From contig JBNGCW010000003.1 of assembly GCA_049975525.1 (NCBI GenBank), forward strand, positions 31,779-95,778: a stretch of 64,000 bases of DNA. Reading direction: 5' to 3'. The DNA is from Anaerolineae bacterium (lineage in GTDB: Bacteria > Chloroflexota > Anaerolineae > B4-G1 > SLSP01). The position numbers and the translations under genes are program-made. Positions within the stretch are counted from its first letter, which is position 1, and each line of letters starts with the position of its first letter. This document shows, in pieces, positions 18,582 to 27,509 of this stretch. The notes beneath the pieces were generated by a model that had not been told where the DNA came from, ran no database searches, and saw only the letters and a program-made list of their open reading frames with translations.

Positions 18582-19382
18582 ATGGAGCTGACAGGCTATC
18601 TTGATTTCTGGTTCAAGGATGTCCCTCTTGTGCAGCGGGTGGAAAGGTTCGTCGATCTGGGCATCCGTCGCCTCGACGTCTGGTGCTGGCGCGCCGCCCC
18701 TATGGCCGAGCTGGCCAGCGAGTGTAAGCGTTACGGTGCAATCCTCAACTCCACGTTTGACGAGGAGATGGGCTCGTTGGCCGATCCCGCCGATAACGAG
18801 CAGACCCTCCGTTCCTGGGGCGAGAGTCTGGAGATGGCGGAACGCTACGGCGTCGAGCATCTTTTCATCTTCTCCAACCAGGTGAACATCGTCGGCGGGC
18901 GGGAGTGGACCAAGCGGCTGTCCGCCAACTACACCGAGGCCGAGCAGTACGCCAATCTACTGGCGCAGACGGAGAAGATTATGCGCCTGGTGGAACAGAC
19001 CGAGGTCGAAGTCTGGGTGGAAGGGCTCAACGAGTTCCATATCCAGGGCGGCGTGCTGGTCCACGACCAGGCGCTGGCTGCCGACTGGGTGCGCCGCATC
19101 GACCATCCGCAGTTCCGCCTGGCTTTCGACTGCTATCATCAGCAGCGTGGGGCCGGCAATCTGATCTGGGGGCTGGAAGCGTACAACGGTCTCTATCCCA
19201 CCTTTCACATCGGTGACGTGCCGACGCGCCAGGAGCCGGGCACCGGAGAGATCAACTTCCCCAACCTGGTCAGGAAACTGCGTGAGCTGGGTTTTGACGG
19301 CTACGTGGGTATGGAGTTCTCGCCTTCGGATACAGAAGCCAACGCCCTGCAGCGCGTCAAGGATTTGTTCGGCCTCGATTGA
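18582..19382 (+). CDS. Hydroxypyruvate isomerase-like TIM-barrel isomerase/epimerase
   Basis: VEGLN, FDCYHQQ, HIGDVPTRQEPGTGEINF, GYVGMEF. Confidence 0.85.
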   Translation: MELTGYLDFWFKDVPLVQRVERFVDLGIRRLDVWCWRAAPMAELASECKRYGAILNSTFDEEMGSLADPADNEQTLRSWGESLEMAERYGVEHLFIFSNQVNIVGGREWTKRLSANYTEAEQYANLLAQTEKIMRLVEQTEVEVWVEGLNEFHIQGGVLVHDQALAADWVRRIDHPQFRLAFDCYHQQRGAGNLIWGLEAYNGLYPTFHIGDVPTRQEPGTGEINFPNLVRKLRELGFDGYVGMEFSPSDTEANALQRVKDLFGLD

Positions 19383-19487
19383 TTTGATAGTCTTGATTTT
19401 GCTTCTGGTCAGACCCGGCGTCCTTGGACGGCGGAGCACTTGTGCTGTTGACCCTCACAGTATCAACATAACTCACGAGGTCATTCT

Positions 19488-20273
19488 ATGAACATGAAAC
19501 GTTTTGAAGACCACGTCGTCATCATCACTGGAGCCGCCAGCGGCATTGGCAAGGCGTGTGCCCTGCGGTTTGCCCGGGAGGGTGCGAACGTTGCCTGCCT
19601 GGACGTCAGCGATGCCGCCCGTGAAGCGGTCGCCTCCGACTGCCGCGACGAAGGCGTCGAGGCGTTCAGCGCGCACTGCGACGTGACGTGCCCTGACGAG
19701 ATGGAGGCCGCCGTGCAGCGCACGCTGGAACGCTGGCGACGCATCGACGTCCTGATCGCCTCGGCGGGCGTCTACAGCGGCGCGCCGCTGCCGGAGGTCT
19801 CCTTGCAGCAGTGGCAACGCCTCATCGAGATCAACCTGACGGGCGTCTTTCTCGCCAACCGCGCTGTCGCACCGGTGCTGATGCAGCAGAAATCGGGCAG
19901 TATCATCAACCTCTCGTCCATGGCGGGCAAGACCAGCTTTCCTGCCTCGGCCGCGTACTCGGCCTCAAAGAGTGGCGTCATCGGGCTGACGCGCGCCGTC
20001 GCCATGGATCTGGCGCCCTACGGCGTCACCGTCAACGCTATCTGCCCGGGCAACACGCGGACGGAGATGATCCGGCGCGTGGCCGAGCGGGCCGGTGCCC
20101 AGGACGGGTTGACCGCCGAAGCCTGGTTGGAGATGCGCGCCGCCGATTGTCCCCTGGGACGGCTGGCGGAACCGTGGGAGATCGCCGGCGTCGCGGCGTT
20201 CCTGGCCTCCGAGGACGCGCGATACATCACCGGGCAGGCCATCGAGGTGGACGGCGGCATGGTGCTCTGCTAA
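19488..20273 (+). CDS. Short-chain dehydrogenase/reductase (NAD, polyol-DH-like)
   Basis: TGAASGIG, YSASK, VNAICPG, GQAIEVDGG. Confidence 0.9.
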   Translation: MNMKRFEDHVVIITGAASGIGKACALRFAREGANVACLDVSDAAREAVASDCRDEGVEAFSAHCDVTCPDEMEAAVQRTLERWRRIDVLIASAGVYSGAPLPEVSLQQWQRLIEINLTGVFLANRAVAPVLMQQKSGSIINLSSMAGKTSFPASAAYSASKSGVIGLTRAVAMDLAPYGVTVNAICPGNTRTEMIRRVAERAGAQDGLTAEAWLEMRAADCPLGRLAEPWEIAGVAAFLASEDARYITGQAIEVDGGMVLC

Positions 20274-20326
20274 GGGGCAACCCGGTTCAGAGACTGCTTG
20301 ACAGCCGCCGGCCCCGGTCCTCGTTG

Positions 20327-21349
20327 CTAGCGCTCCCAATCGGCGAAGGCGTCCACCACCGGCTCGATCTCATCCATCAGCGGGTAGAGGATGGGACAGG
20401 TGACGCCGGCGTCGACGTACTCACCGACTTTGGCCCGGCACTCCTCGCTGGTGCCCACGGCCATGATGTTGCGCACGATCTCGTCGGGGATGACCTCGCC
20501 GGCGCGGGCGTAGTCTTCCTCCGTCGCGGGCCAGCTCATGACGGACTGGACGCGCGCCAACAGCTCCTCGCTGGCGCCGCTGGCTTTCATGATGTGCGGC
20601 TCCGTGGCGAAGTAGTAGGCGGCCAATTTCTTGGCCTCGGCCATGGCTGCGTCCGGGTCCTCGTCGGAGAGCGAGCAGACGATGAGCTCGGGCCGATCCA
20701 CGTCATCCAACGTCTTGCCCGCTTTCTTAGCGCCTTTCTCCACCAGGGCCACGGCCTCGCGGATATAATCGACAGAGACGACGTAGTTGAGCACCACGCC
20801 GTCGCAGATCTCGCCCGCCAGCTGCAACATCTTAGGGCCGGTGGCGCCGATGTAGATGGGGATGTCGCGCGGTGACGTGTCGCCGAAGGCCACGTCGAGT
20901 TTCACGCGATCCAGGTGGACGAAATCGCCCTCGTAGGTGACCTCCTCCATGGTGAAGAGCTGGCGGATAGCTTCCACGTACTCGCGTATGGCGGTGAGCG
21001 AGCGGTGACGGTGTACGCCGACGCGGCTGGCGATGGGTTCCCACCAGGCGCCGAGGCCCAGCATGACGCGCCCACGTCCGTTCACCTTGCCGCCCAGCTC
21101 CCACATGGTGCTCCAGGACGCGGCGATGACGGCCGCATTGCGCGTCCAGATGGGCAGCACACCCGATCCGATGCGCAGCCGCTCCGTTGCTGTAAGGAAA
21201 GCGCTCATCATCACGATGCAATCGCGGGCCAGGCGTGTGTCGGCCTGCCAGATTTCGCTGAAGCCGCGCGCCTCGGCGTACTGCGCCATCTCCAGTTCAT
21301 ACCGCATGTCGTGCTTGTCCTGCATGTACAGTGCCATTCGTTGGGTCAT
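20327..21349 (-). CDS. LLM-class oxidoreductase, Mer-like, probably F420-dependent
   Basis: [42 protein letters not shown]; AAGGAG RBS before ATG 21349. Confidence 0.85.
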   Translation of the reverse strand: MTQRMALYMQDKHDMRYELEMAQYAEARGFSEIWQADTRLARDCIVMMSAFLTATERLRIGSGVLPIWTRNAAVIAASWSTMWELGGKVNGRGRVMLGLGAWWEPIASRVGVHRHRSLTAIREYVEAIRQLFTMEEVTYEGDFVHLDRVKLDVAFGDTSPRDIPIYIGATGPKMLQLAGEICDGVVLNYVVSVDYIREAVALVEKGAKKAGKTLDDVDRPELIVCSLSDEDPDAAMAEAKKLAAYYFATEPHIMKASGASEELLARVQSVMSWPATEEDYARAGEVIPDEIVRNIMAVGTSEECRAKVGEYVDAGVTCPILYPLMDEIEPVVDAFADWER

Positions 21350-21371
21350 GGTTTCTCCTTGCAAAATGGGT

Positions 21372-21460
21372 GACTCACCTGAAATAACTCATAAAAATCG
21401 GATTTCTCCAAAACTCACCATTACCTGTAGGGGATGGCTGGCTAGAAATCCGATTTTTCT
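21372..21460. mobile_element. Family-B MITE, partial, with one internal box unit deleted
   Basis: GACTCACCTGAAATAA..AAAAATCGGATTT..AAATCCGATTTTT. Confidence 0.75.
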
Positions 21461-21544
21461 CACCGTTGATCGGTAAGACGTGCTGGAGGCCGGGGATCGT
21501 GGGCCGGTCTTCTCTTCATCCGATGTGCGGGCGCGGTCTAATCG

Positions 21545-22888
21545 TTACACGTACGCGTTCAAGTCGACGTCGGGGTAGCGGATGCGCTCGCCGTACTCCC
21601 GCCGCTCCGGCTTGTACGTCGCGTCGATGCCCACCTTGGTGTGTACGCCGCGCGCGTCCGCCGTGGGGTCCATCTCGTGGCCCTGGGCGCCGGGCACGGT
21701 GAAGGTGTCCCGGCTCCAATCGACGCGGTTGGTCAGCGCCCAGAACACGTCGGCGGGATCGTAGATGTCCACGTCCGCGTCCACCACGATGACTTGCTTG
21801 ATGTTGACGTGGGCCGTCATGGCCGCCAGGGCGACGTTCTTCGGCTCGCCAGGATGAGTTTTCTCCAGCTGCACAAGGGCGGAGAAGCCATTGCCGTGGG
21901 GCGGGATGTGCAGGTCGAGGACGCCTTTGCTGACGTGGCGCACGAAGCGCAGCAACAACGGCTCGCGGGGCAGCACGTTGCCCAGATAGACGTGCTCGGC
22001 GGCGCCCGGCACGATGGTCTGGTAGATGGGATGGTCGCGGAAGCAGAGGGCGGTCACGTGGAAGACCGGGCTCTCCCAGAGCTCGCCGTAGTAGCCGTGG
22101 AACTCGGCCAGCGGCCCCTCGGCGTGGCGTTTCTGCGGCGGCAGATAGCCTTCGATGACGATCTCGGCCTCGGCGGGCACGTCGACGTCCACGGTGACGC
22201 CGCGCGCCACGGGTACCCCCTCACCCCGGATGGCGCCGGCGATGCGCAGCTCGTCGTCCTCGTAGCGGCAGCCGGCGGCGATCATGATGGCCGGATCCAA
22301 TCCGATGGCGACGGCGATCTCCAGCGGCTCACCCTCCTCCTCTCGCACCTTGTAGAACTGCATCACGTGACGCCACGCGTTGACGTTGAAACCCAGCGTC
22401 CGCGGCCCCAGCAATTGCATGCGGTTGTAGGAGAGATTGCCGCGCCCGCTGAGGGGGTCTTTCGCTACCGTCACCCCGCCGGTGATAAAGGGGCCGCCGT
22501 CGTGTTGGCCGTGGATGGGGATCGGAAGTCGGGAAAGATCGACGTCGTCGCCCGTCAGCACGTTGGCTTTCCAGGCTGCCTCGGCGTCACGCCGGGGGGG
22601 GATGCCGTGGGTGGGCTCCAGCGCGCGGCCCATCACGTCCGTCACCTCTTCGGGACGACAGCCTAAGGCCAGCGCCGCCAGTGTCTGATGGGCCACCGCG
22701 CCCGCGAAAACGGGCCAGTCGCTGCTGCCGGGACGCTCGAAAAGCACCGCGCCCAGGTTGTGCCGGGCCACCGTCACCGCGACATTGGCCAGTTCGTGCT
22801 CCAAACTGACCGGCGTGGGTACGCGCACCAGCCGATCCTGAGCCTCCAAACGGACGAGAAATGAACGCAAATCGTGGATTCTATCCAT
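21545..22888 (-). CDS. UbiD family prFMN-dependent (de)carboxylase
   Basis: DLSRLP, DGGPFIT, NLSYNR, AEIVIEG, EGPLAEFHGYY, VDADVDI, GIDAT. Confidence 0.92.
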   Translation of the reverse strand: MDRIHDLRSFLVRLEAQDRLVRVPTPVSLEHELANVAVTVARHNLGAVLFERPGSSDWPVFAGAVAHQTLAALALGCRPEEVTDVMGRALEPTHGIPPRRDAEAAWKANVLTGDDVDLSRLPIPIHGQHDGGPFITGGVTVAKDPLSGRGNLSYNRMQLLGPRTLGFNVNAWRHVMQFYKVREEEGEPLEIAVAIGLDPAIMIAAGCRYEDDELRIAGAIRGEGVPVARGVTVDVDVPAEAEIVIEGYLPPQKRHAEGPLAEFHGYYGELWESPVFHVTALCFRDHPIYQTIVPGAAEHVYLGNVLPREPLLLRFVRHVSKGVLDLHIPPHGNGFSALVQLEKTHPGEPKNVALAAMTAHVNIKQVIVVDADVDIYDPADVFWALTNRVDWSRDTFTVPGAQGHEMDPTADARGVHTKVGIDATYKPERREYGERIRYPDVDLNAYV

Positions 22889-22892
22889 CGTT

Positions 22893-22918
22893 GACTCACC
22901 TGAAATAACCCATAGAAA
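22893..22918. mobile_element. Isolated family-B TIR directly upstream of the UbiD gene
   Basis: GACTCACCTGAAATAAC, identical to the start of the 21372 copy. Confidence 0.65.
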
Positions 22919-22977
22919 GGAAGCTTAAACGGTTCGACGCGACTACGTGACTAAACGACGATTTAACTCCTATTTAC

Positions 22978-23063
22978 AGGATATAACGTTTAGGGACTGG
23001 TGTCAAGTTCTACTTCGCAGTTAGTAAAGTGTCACTTGACACCGGGCGAAAATTGAGTATCAT
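22978..23063. promoter_or_regulatory. Back-to-back divergent sigma70 promoters with an operator between the -35 boxes
   Basis: Minus strand TTGACA(23006-23001)-N17-TATCCT; plus strand TTGACA(23036)-N16-TATCAT; inverted repeat GGTGTCAAGT/ACTTGACACC. Confidence 0.75.
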
Positions 23064-23107
23064 GAAAAGTAGAGGCGCCCAAGAAATCACCTCTAAGGGG
23101 TACTCGC

Positions 23108-23734
23108 ATGAAGGAGAGAGCTATGGCCTCGGATACTTCCATCGGCGGACGGCTCAAGAGACGACGACATCGGATGGGACTCAGCCTGCGGGAGCTGGCG
23201 CGTCGCACAGATCTCACCGCTTCTTTTCTCAGCCAGGTCGAACGCGGGCAAGCAAACGCCTCTTTGGACTCGCTGCGCCGCATCGCCGAAGCGCTCGACG
23301 TCTCCATGCTCTACTTTCTTTCGGAACCACAGGCCGATCGCACTCCAACAGCGACGATCGAGGACGCGCCTAGCCGCGAGAGGGAGATGCCTGGTTACGA
23401 TCCAGTGGTGCGCGCCGACGCCCGTCCTCAGCTGACCTTCCCCGATTCCGGTGTCTCCTACGAGCTCCTGGTCCCCTCCTTGAGCCGCAAGATGGAAGTC
23501 ATCCGTGGCGAGATCCCCCCCGGTATGAACAACGTCGTCCGCCGACTGCGCGAGCCTACCGAGGAGTTCATCTACGTGCTCTCCGGCCTGCTGCGCGTCG
23601 AACTGAAAAGCGGCACGCACCTTCTCCAGCCAGGCGACACGATCTACTTTCAGGGCATGGACCTCCTGGATCTGACCGCCGCGTCCGATGAGAATGCGGT
23701 CTGGATTTCGGTCATCACGCCGCCCGTATTCTAG
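23108..23734 (+). CDS. XRE-family HTH + cupin transcriptional regulator
   Basis: GLSLRELARRTDLTASFLSQVERG; cupin EEFIYVLSG..LQPGDTIYF. Confidence 0.92.
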   Translation: MKERAMASDTSIGGRLKRRRHRMGLSLRELARRTDLTASFLSQVERGQANASLDSLRRIAEALDVSMLYFLSEPQADRTPTATIEDAPSREREMPGYDPVVRADARPQLTFPDSGVSYELLVPSLSRKMEVIRGEIPPGMNNVVRRLREPTEEFIYVLSGLLRVELKSGTHLLQPGDTIYFQGMDLLDLTAASDENAVWISVITPPVF

Positions 23735-23754
23735 CTTAGCACAAAGGATTTATT

Positions 23755-26055
23755 ATGCACACTCACATTGACTGGGATGCCATCACCGCGCCCTTCGACT
23801 ACAAAAAGATCGATGTCGCCTCACACTTCCTCCGCTGCTGGACCGGCTACGAGCGCACCGACCGGGGACTCGTCTTCGACTGCCGCCTGGCCGACCAGAC
23901 CCCGGTGCGATTCCGCGTCGACGTGGTCAAAGCCGCCGTGGTGCGTGTCCGCCTCTATCACCAGGAGCCGCAACCCACGCGCGCGGGCGAGATGCTGGTG
24001 CAAGCGGCGTGGGAGCCCCCCGCTTTCGAGATCGCAGCGCGTGAGGACGAAGTGACTTTGACCACCGACCGGCTGCGGCTGCGCTTCCGGCGGTTCCCGT
24101 GGCAGATGGAAGTTTTCGACCTCGAGGCTCACCCCGGCGCTCCACCCTTCTTCAGTCAGCGCATCGACGACCGCGCGTATGGACGCGCCTACGAAGTGCA
24201 TCCCACCGGCTTCGGCGCCACGGACGACGGACGCCAGGTCGTGCGCGAGACGGTGGCGGTCCAACCCGGCGAGGCCTTTTACGGCTTCGGTGAGAAGTTC
24301 ACGCCGTTGGAGAAGTGGGGGCAGCGCGTCATCTCCTGGGCCACCGACGTGGGGAACGTCAGCAGCCACCGCTCCTACAAGAATGTGCCCTTTTTCATGA
24401 GCACCGCCGGTTACGGCCTCTTTGTTCACACGTCCAACCCCGTGGTCTACGAGATGGGCACGGAATCCAGTATTTCCTACGCCTTTTACATCCTGGAGGG
24501 CCAGCTGGACTACTTTTTGATCCATGGACCTTCGTTCAAGCGCATCCTCAGCACCTACACCGAGCTGACAGGGCGTGCGCCGCTGCCGCCCAAGTGGTCC
24601 TTCGGCTTTTGGCTCTCGCGCTGCGGGTACAAGAGCCGCGCCGAGGTCGAGGGTGTCGTCAAAGAGATGCGCGAACGCGGCTTCCCCTGCGACGTCATCA
24701 GCCTGGATCCCTGGTGGATGGGTGACGCGCCCTGGTCGACCTACGAGTGGGATACCGACGCCTTCCCCAATCCGCCGGAGATGATGGCGGGATTGCGCGA
24801 CCAGCACGTGCGCACCTGCCTCTGGATCTCGCCCTACGTGACGGAAGGCTGCGATGCTTACGAGGAAGGCAAGGCGAAGGGCTACTTCGTCCAGGACGAA
24901 GCGGGCAACATCAGCCCCGTGCAGGAAGCTTTCGCGGGTGAGCATCTGGCGGCGGTGGACTTCACCAACCCCAAGGCCAGGGCCTGGTTCCAGAGTAAAC
25001 TGAAGCGGCTGCTGGAGATGGGTGCCGCCGTCTTCAAGTCCGACTTTGGCGAGCAAGCGCCGCGCGAGGCTCGCTACCACGACGGGCGCGACGGCATTGA
25101 GATGCACAACCTCTATCCGCTGCTCTATAACCAGGCCGTCTTCGAGACCACGGAGCGTCACTTCGGGCGTGGGCTGACCTGGGGACGCTCGGGCTACGCG
25201 GGCTCACAGCGTTATCCCGTCCAATGGGGCGGCGACAGCTACAGCAGCCTCGACCAGATGGCGTGTCAGGTGCGCGCCCTGCTCAGCTACGGCATCTCCG
25301 GCGTGCCCTTCTGCAGCCACGACGTTGGCGGCTTTGACTACGCTCCGGCGGCCTTTGACGCCGAGACTCAAGAGGACTTCCCCAAGGCCCCGGTCGTCTA
25401 CGCCCGTTGGTTGCAGTTCGGCGTCTTCTCCTCGCACCTGCGCGCTCACGGCAAGCAGCCCCGCGAGCCGTGGAGCTACGGCCCGGAGATCGCGGCCATC
25501 GCCCGCCGCTACCTGGCGCTGCGTTACCGGCTGCTGCCCTACATCTACACGCAGGCCGTCATATCGACGCGGACGGGCCTGCCCATGGTGCGCCCGCTGG
25601 TTATGGAGTATCAGGAGGATCCCAACGTCGAGCACGTCGATCTGGAGTATCTCTTCGGCGACGACTTTCTCGTGGCGCCCGTGGTCACCCGCGACGGGCG
25701 ACGGCGCGTTTATCTGCCGCAGGGCACCTGGTTCGACTACTGGACCAAGGAGTCGGTCGGCGGCGGGCGCTGGATTGAGGTCGAAGCGCCGCTGGAGACG
25801 CTGCCGCTCTGGGTGCGCGCCGGCGCCGTCATCCCCCTGGGGCCGGTGATGCAGTACGTCGATGAGAAGCCGCTCGATCCGCTGACGTTGGAGTTCTACG
25901 CGCCGGAAGACGCGGGCGAGCTGCTCATCTACGACGAGGATCGCCCGGAGATCACGGTGCGGTACCGACGCGACGGCGATGCGCTGCGCGTGGAGGTGGA
26001 GGACGCGCCGGGTGATGTGCAGGTCAGGGAGTATGGAGTAAGGATTAAGAAGTAG
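23755..26055 (+). CDS. GH31 alpha-glycosidase (YicI/alpha-xylosidase-like)
   Basis: YGFGEKF, YKNVPF, PPKWSFGFW, nucleophile motif FKSDFGE, WGGD, HDVGGF. Confidence 0.9.
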   Translation: MHTHIDWDAITAPFDYKKIDVASHFLRCWTGYERTDRGLVFDCRLADQTPVRFRVDVVKAAVVRVRLYHQEPQPTRAGEMLVQAAWEPPAFEIAAREDEVTLTTDRLRLRFRRFPWQMEVFDLEAHPGAPPFFSQRIDDRAYGRAYEVHPTGFGATDDGRQVVRETVAVQPGEAFYGFGEKFTPLEKWGQRVISWATDVGNVSSHRSYKNVPFFMSTAGYGLFVHTSNPVVYEMGTESSISYAFYILEGQLDYFLIHGPSFKRILSTYTELTGRAPLPPKWSFGFWLSRCGYKSRAEVEGVVKEMRERGFPCDVISLDPWWMGDAPWSTYEWDTDAFPNPPEMMAGLRDQHVRTCLWISPYVTEGCDAYEEGKAKGYFVQDEAGNISPVQEAFAGEHLAAVDFTNPKARAWFQSKLKRLLEMGAAVFKSDFGEQAPREARYHDGRDGIEMHNLYPLLYNQAVFETTERHFGRGLTWGRSGYAGSQRYPVQWGGDSYSSLDQMACQVRALLSYGISGVPFCSHDVGGFDYAPAAFDAETQEDFPKAPVVYARWLQFGVFSSHLRAHGKQPREPWSYGPEIAAIARRYLALRYRLLPYIYTQAVISTRTGLPMVRPLVMEYQEDPNVEHVDLEYLFGDDFLVAPVVTRDGRRRVYLPQGTWFDYWTKESVGGGRWIEVEAPLETLPLWVRAGAVIPLGPVMQYVDEKPLDPLTLEFYAPEDAGELLIYDEDRPEITVRYRRDGDALRVEVEDAPGDVQVREYGVRIKK

Positions 26056-26066
26056 GGGGAACAGAC

Positions 26067-27449
26067 GTGGTCTTTGATCTGGTGATTCGCGGCGGGACGT
26101 TGGTGACCGCGCGCGAGACCGTGCGCGCCGACGTGGGCGTGCGCGATGGCACCATCGTCGCCATCGGTGAAGGCCTGGAGGGCCGCGAGATGGTGGACGC
26201 CGATGGGCTCTGGGTGTTGCCCGGCGCCGTCGATCCCCACGTGCACCTGCAGATGCCAACGGGCGCCACGACGTCCAGCGACGACTGGCGCACGGGCACC
26301 GTCGCCGCCGCCTGCGGCGGCACAACCACGGTGATCGACTTCGTGGAGCCGGAGGGCGACGAAACGCTGCTGGAGGCCTTCGAGAAGCGTCGCGCCGAGG
26401 CCGAGGGCCGCGCCGTCATCGACTACAGCCTGCACATGACGTTGATGGACGCCGATGACGCCACGCTGGCCCAGATCCCGGACGTGGTGGACGCGGGCAT
26501 GCCCTCGTTCAAGACCTACACCACCTACGAGGGCTTCAAACTGAGCGACCGCGAGTTTCTGCGGGTGATGGACGCGGTGCGCGAGGCCGGAGGCCTGCTC
26601 ATGGTGCACGCCGAGGACGACGCTATCGTCAGGCAGGCCACGGCGGCGCTGCTGGACGCCGGGGAGACCGGTCCGGCAGCCCACCCCAGGAGCCGTCCGG
26701 CGGCCGCCGAAGTGGCAGCCATCCACCGGATGCTGGCGCTGGCCGAGGTCACGGGCGTGCATCTCTACATCGTCCACATTTCGACGGCGCGCGGCGCGCA
26801 GCTGCTGGCCGAGGCGCGGGGCTGCGGCGCCCGGCACGTCGACGGCGAGACCTGCCCGCAGTATCTGTTGCTCACCCAAGCAGCGTACGAGCGGCCCGGC
26901 TTCGAGGGCGCGAAATTCGTCTGTGCGCCGCCACTGCGCACGGCAGCCGACAACGCCGCGCTGTGGGATGCGCTCGCCGACGGCACACTGCAGACCGTGG
27001 GCACGGATCACTGTCCCTTCTTTTACGAGGGCCAGAAAACCCTGGGGCGCGGCGATTTCACCAAGATCCCCAGCGGCCTGCCCGGCGTCGAGGCGCGGCT
27101 GGCGCTGTTGCACACCTTCGGCGTGCGCTCCGGTCGCATCTCGGCCAACCGCTGGATCGAGCTCTGCTGCATGGCCCCGGCGCAGCTCTTCGGGCTCGCC
27201 CCGCGCAAGGGCACGCTGGCACCCGGCGCCGACGCCGACCTCGTCCTCTTCGATCCCCACAAGCGCGTGACCCTCTCCACCGACATGCTGCACGAACACG
27301 TTGATTACACGCCCTACGCCAGCCTCGACCTGAGCGGCTATCCTGTCGCCACCTTCGTCCACGGCAAGAAAGTCGTCCAGAACGGCACCTGGCTCGATCA
27401 AGCCTCAACGGGCCACTACCTGCCAGCCCAGATCACTTGTGATCTTTGA
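26067..27449 (+). CDS. hydA: Dihydropyrimidinase / D-hydantoinase
   Basis: PGAVDPHVH, GGTTTVIDF, SFKTY, VHAED, ETCPQYL, GTDHCPF, IPSGLPGVE. Confidence 0.92.
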   Translation: MVFDLVIRGGTLVTARETVRADVGVRDGTIVAIGEGLEGREMVDADGLWVLPGAVDPHVHLQMPTGATTSSDDWRTGTVAAACGGTTTVIDFVEPEGDETLLEAFEKRRAEAEGRAVIDYSLHMTLMDADDATLAQIPDVVDAGMPSFKTYTTYEGFKLSDREFLRVMDAVREAGGLLMVHAEDDAIVRQATAALLDAGETGPAAHPRSRPAAAEVAAIHRMLALAEVTGVHLYIVHISTARGAQLLAEARGCGARHVDGETCPQYLLLTQAAYERPGFEGAKFVCAPPLRTAADNAALWDALADGTLQTVGTDHCPFFYEGQKTLGRGDFTKIPSGLPGVEARLALLHTFGVRSGRISANRWIELCCMAPAQLFGLAPRKGTLAPGADADLVLFDPHKRVTLSTDMLHEHVDYTPYASLDLSGYPVATFVHGKKVVQNGTWLDQASTGHYLPAQITCDL

Positions 27450-27452
27450 CCC

Positions 27453-27508
27453 TTGACTTATGATAACTCGACTATCCGACCACCAGACTCATCGACTAAA
27501 GGACTAAT
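27453..27508 (+). repeat. Degenerate 8-bp GACT(A)nnn array
   Basis: gacttat gataactc gactatcc gaccacca gactcatc gactaaag gactaa, before the GH38 start. Confidence 0.6.
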
Positions 27509-27509
27509 C

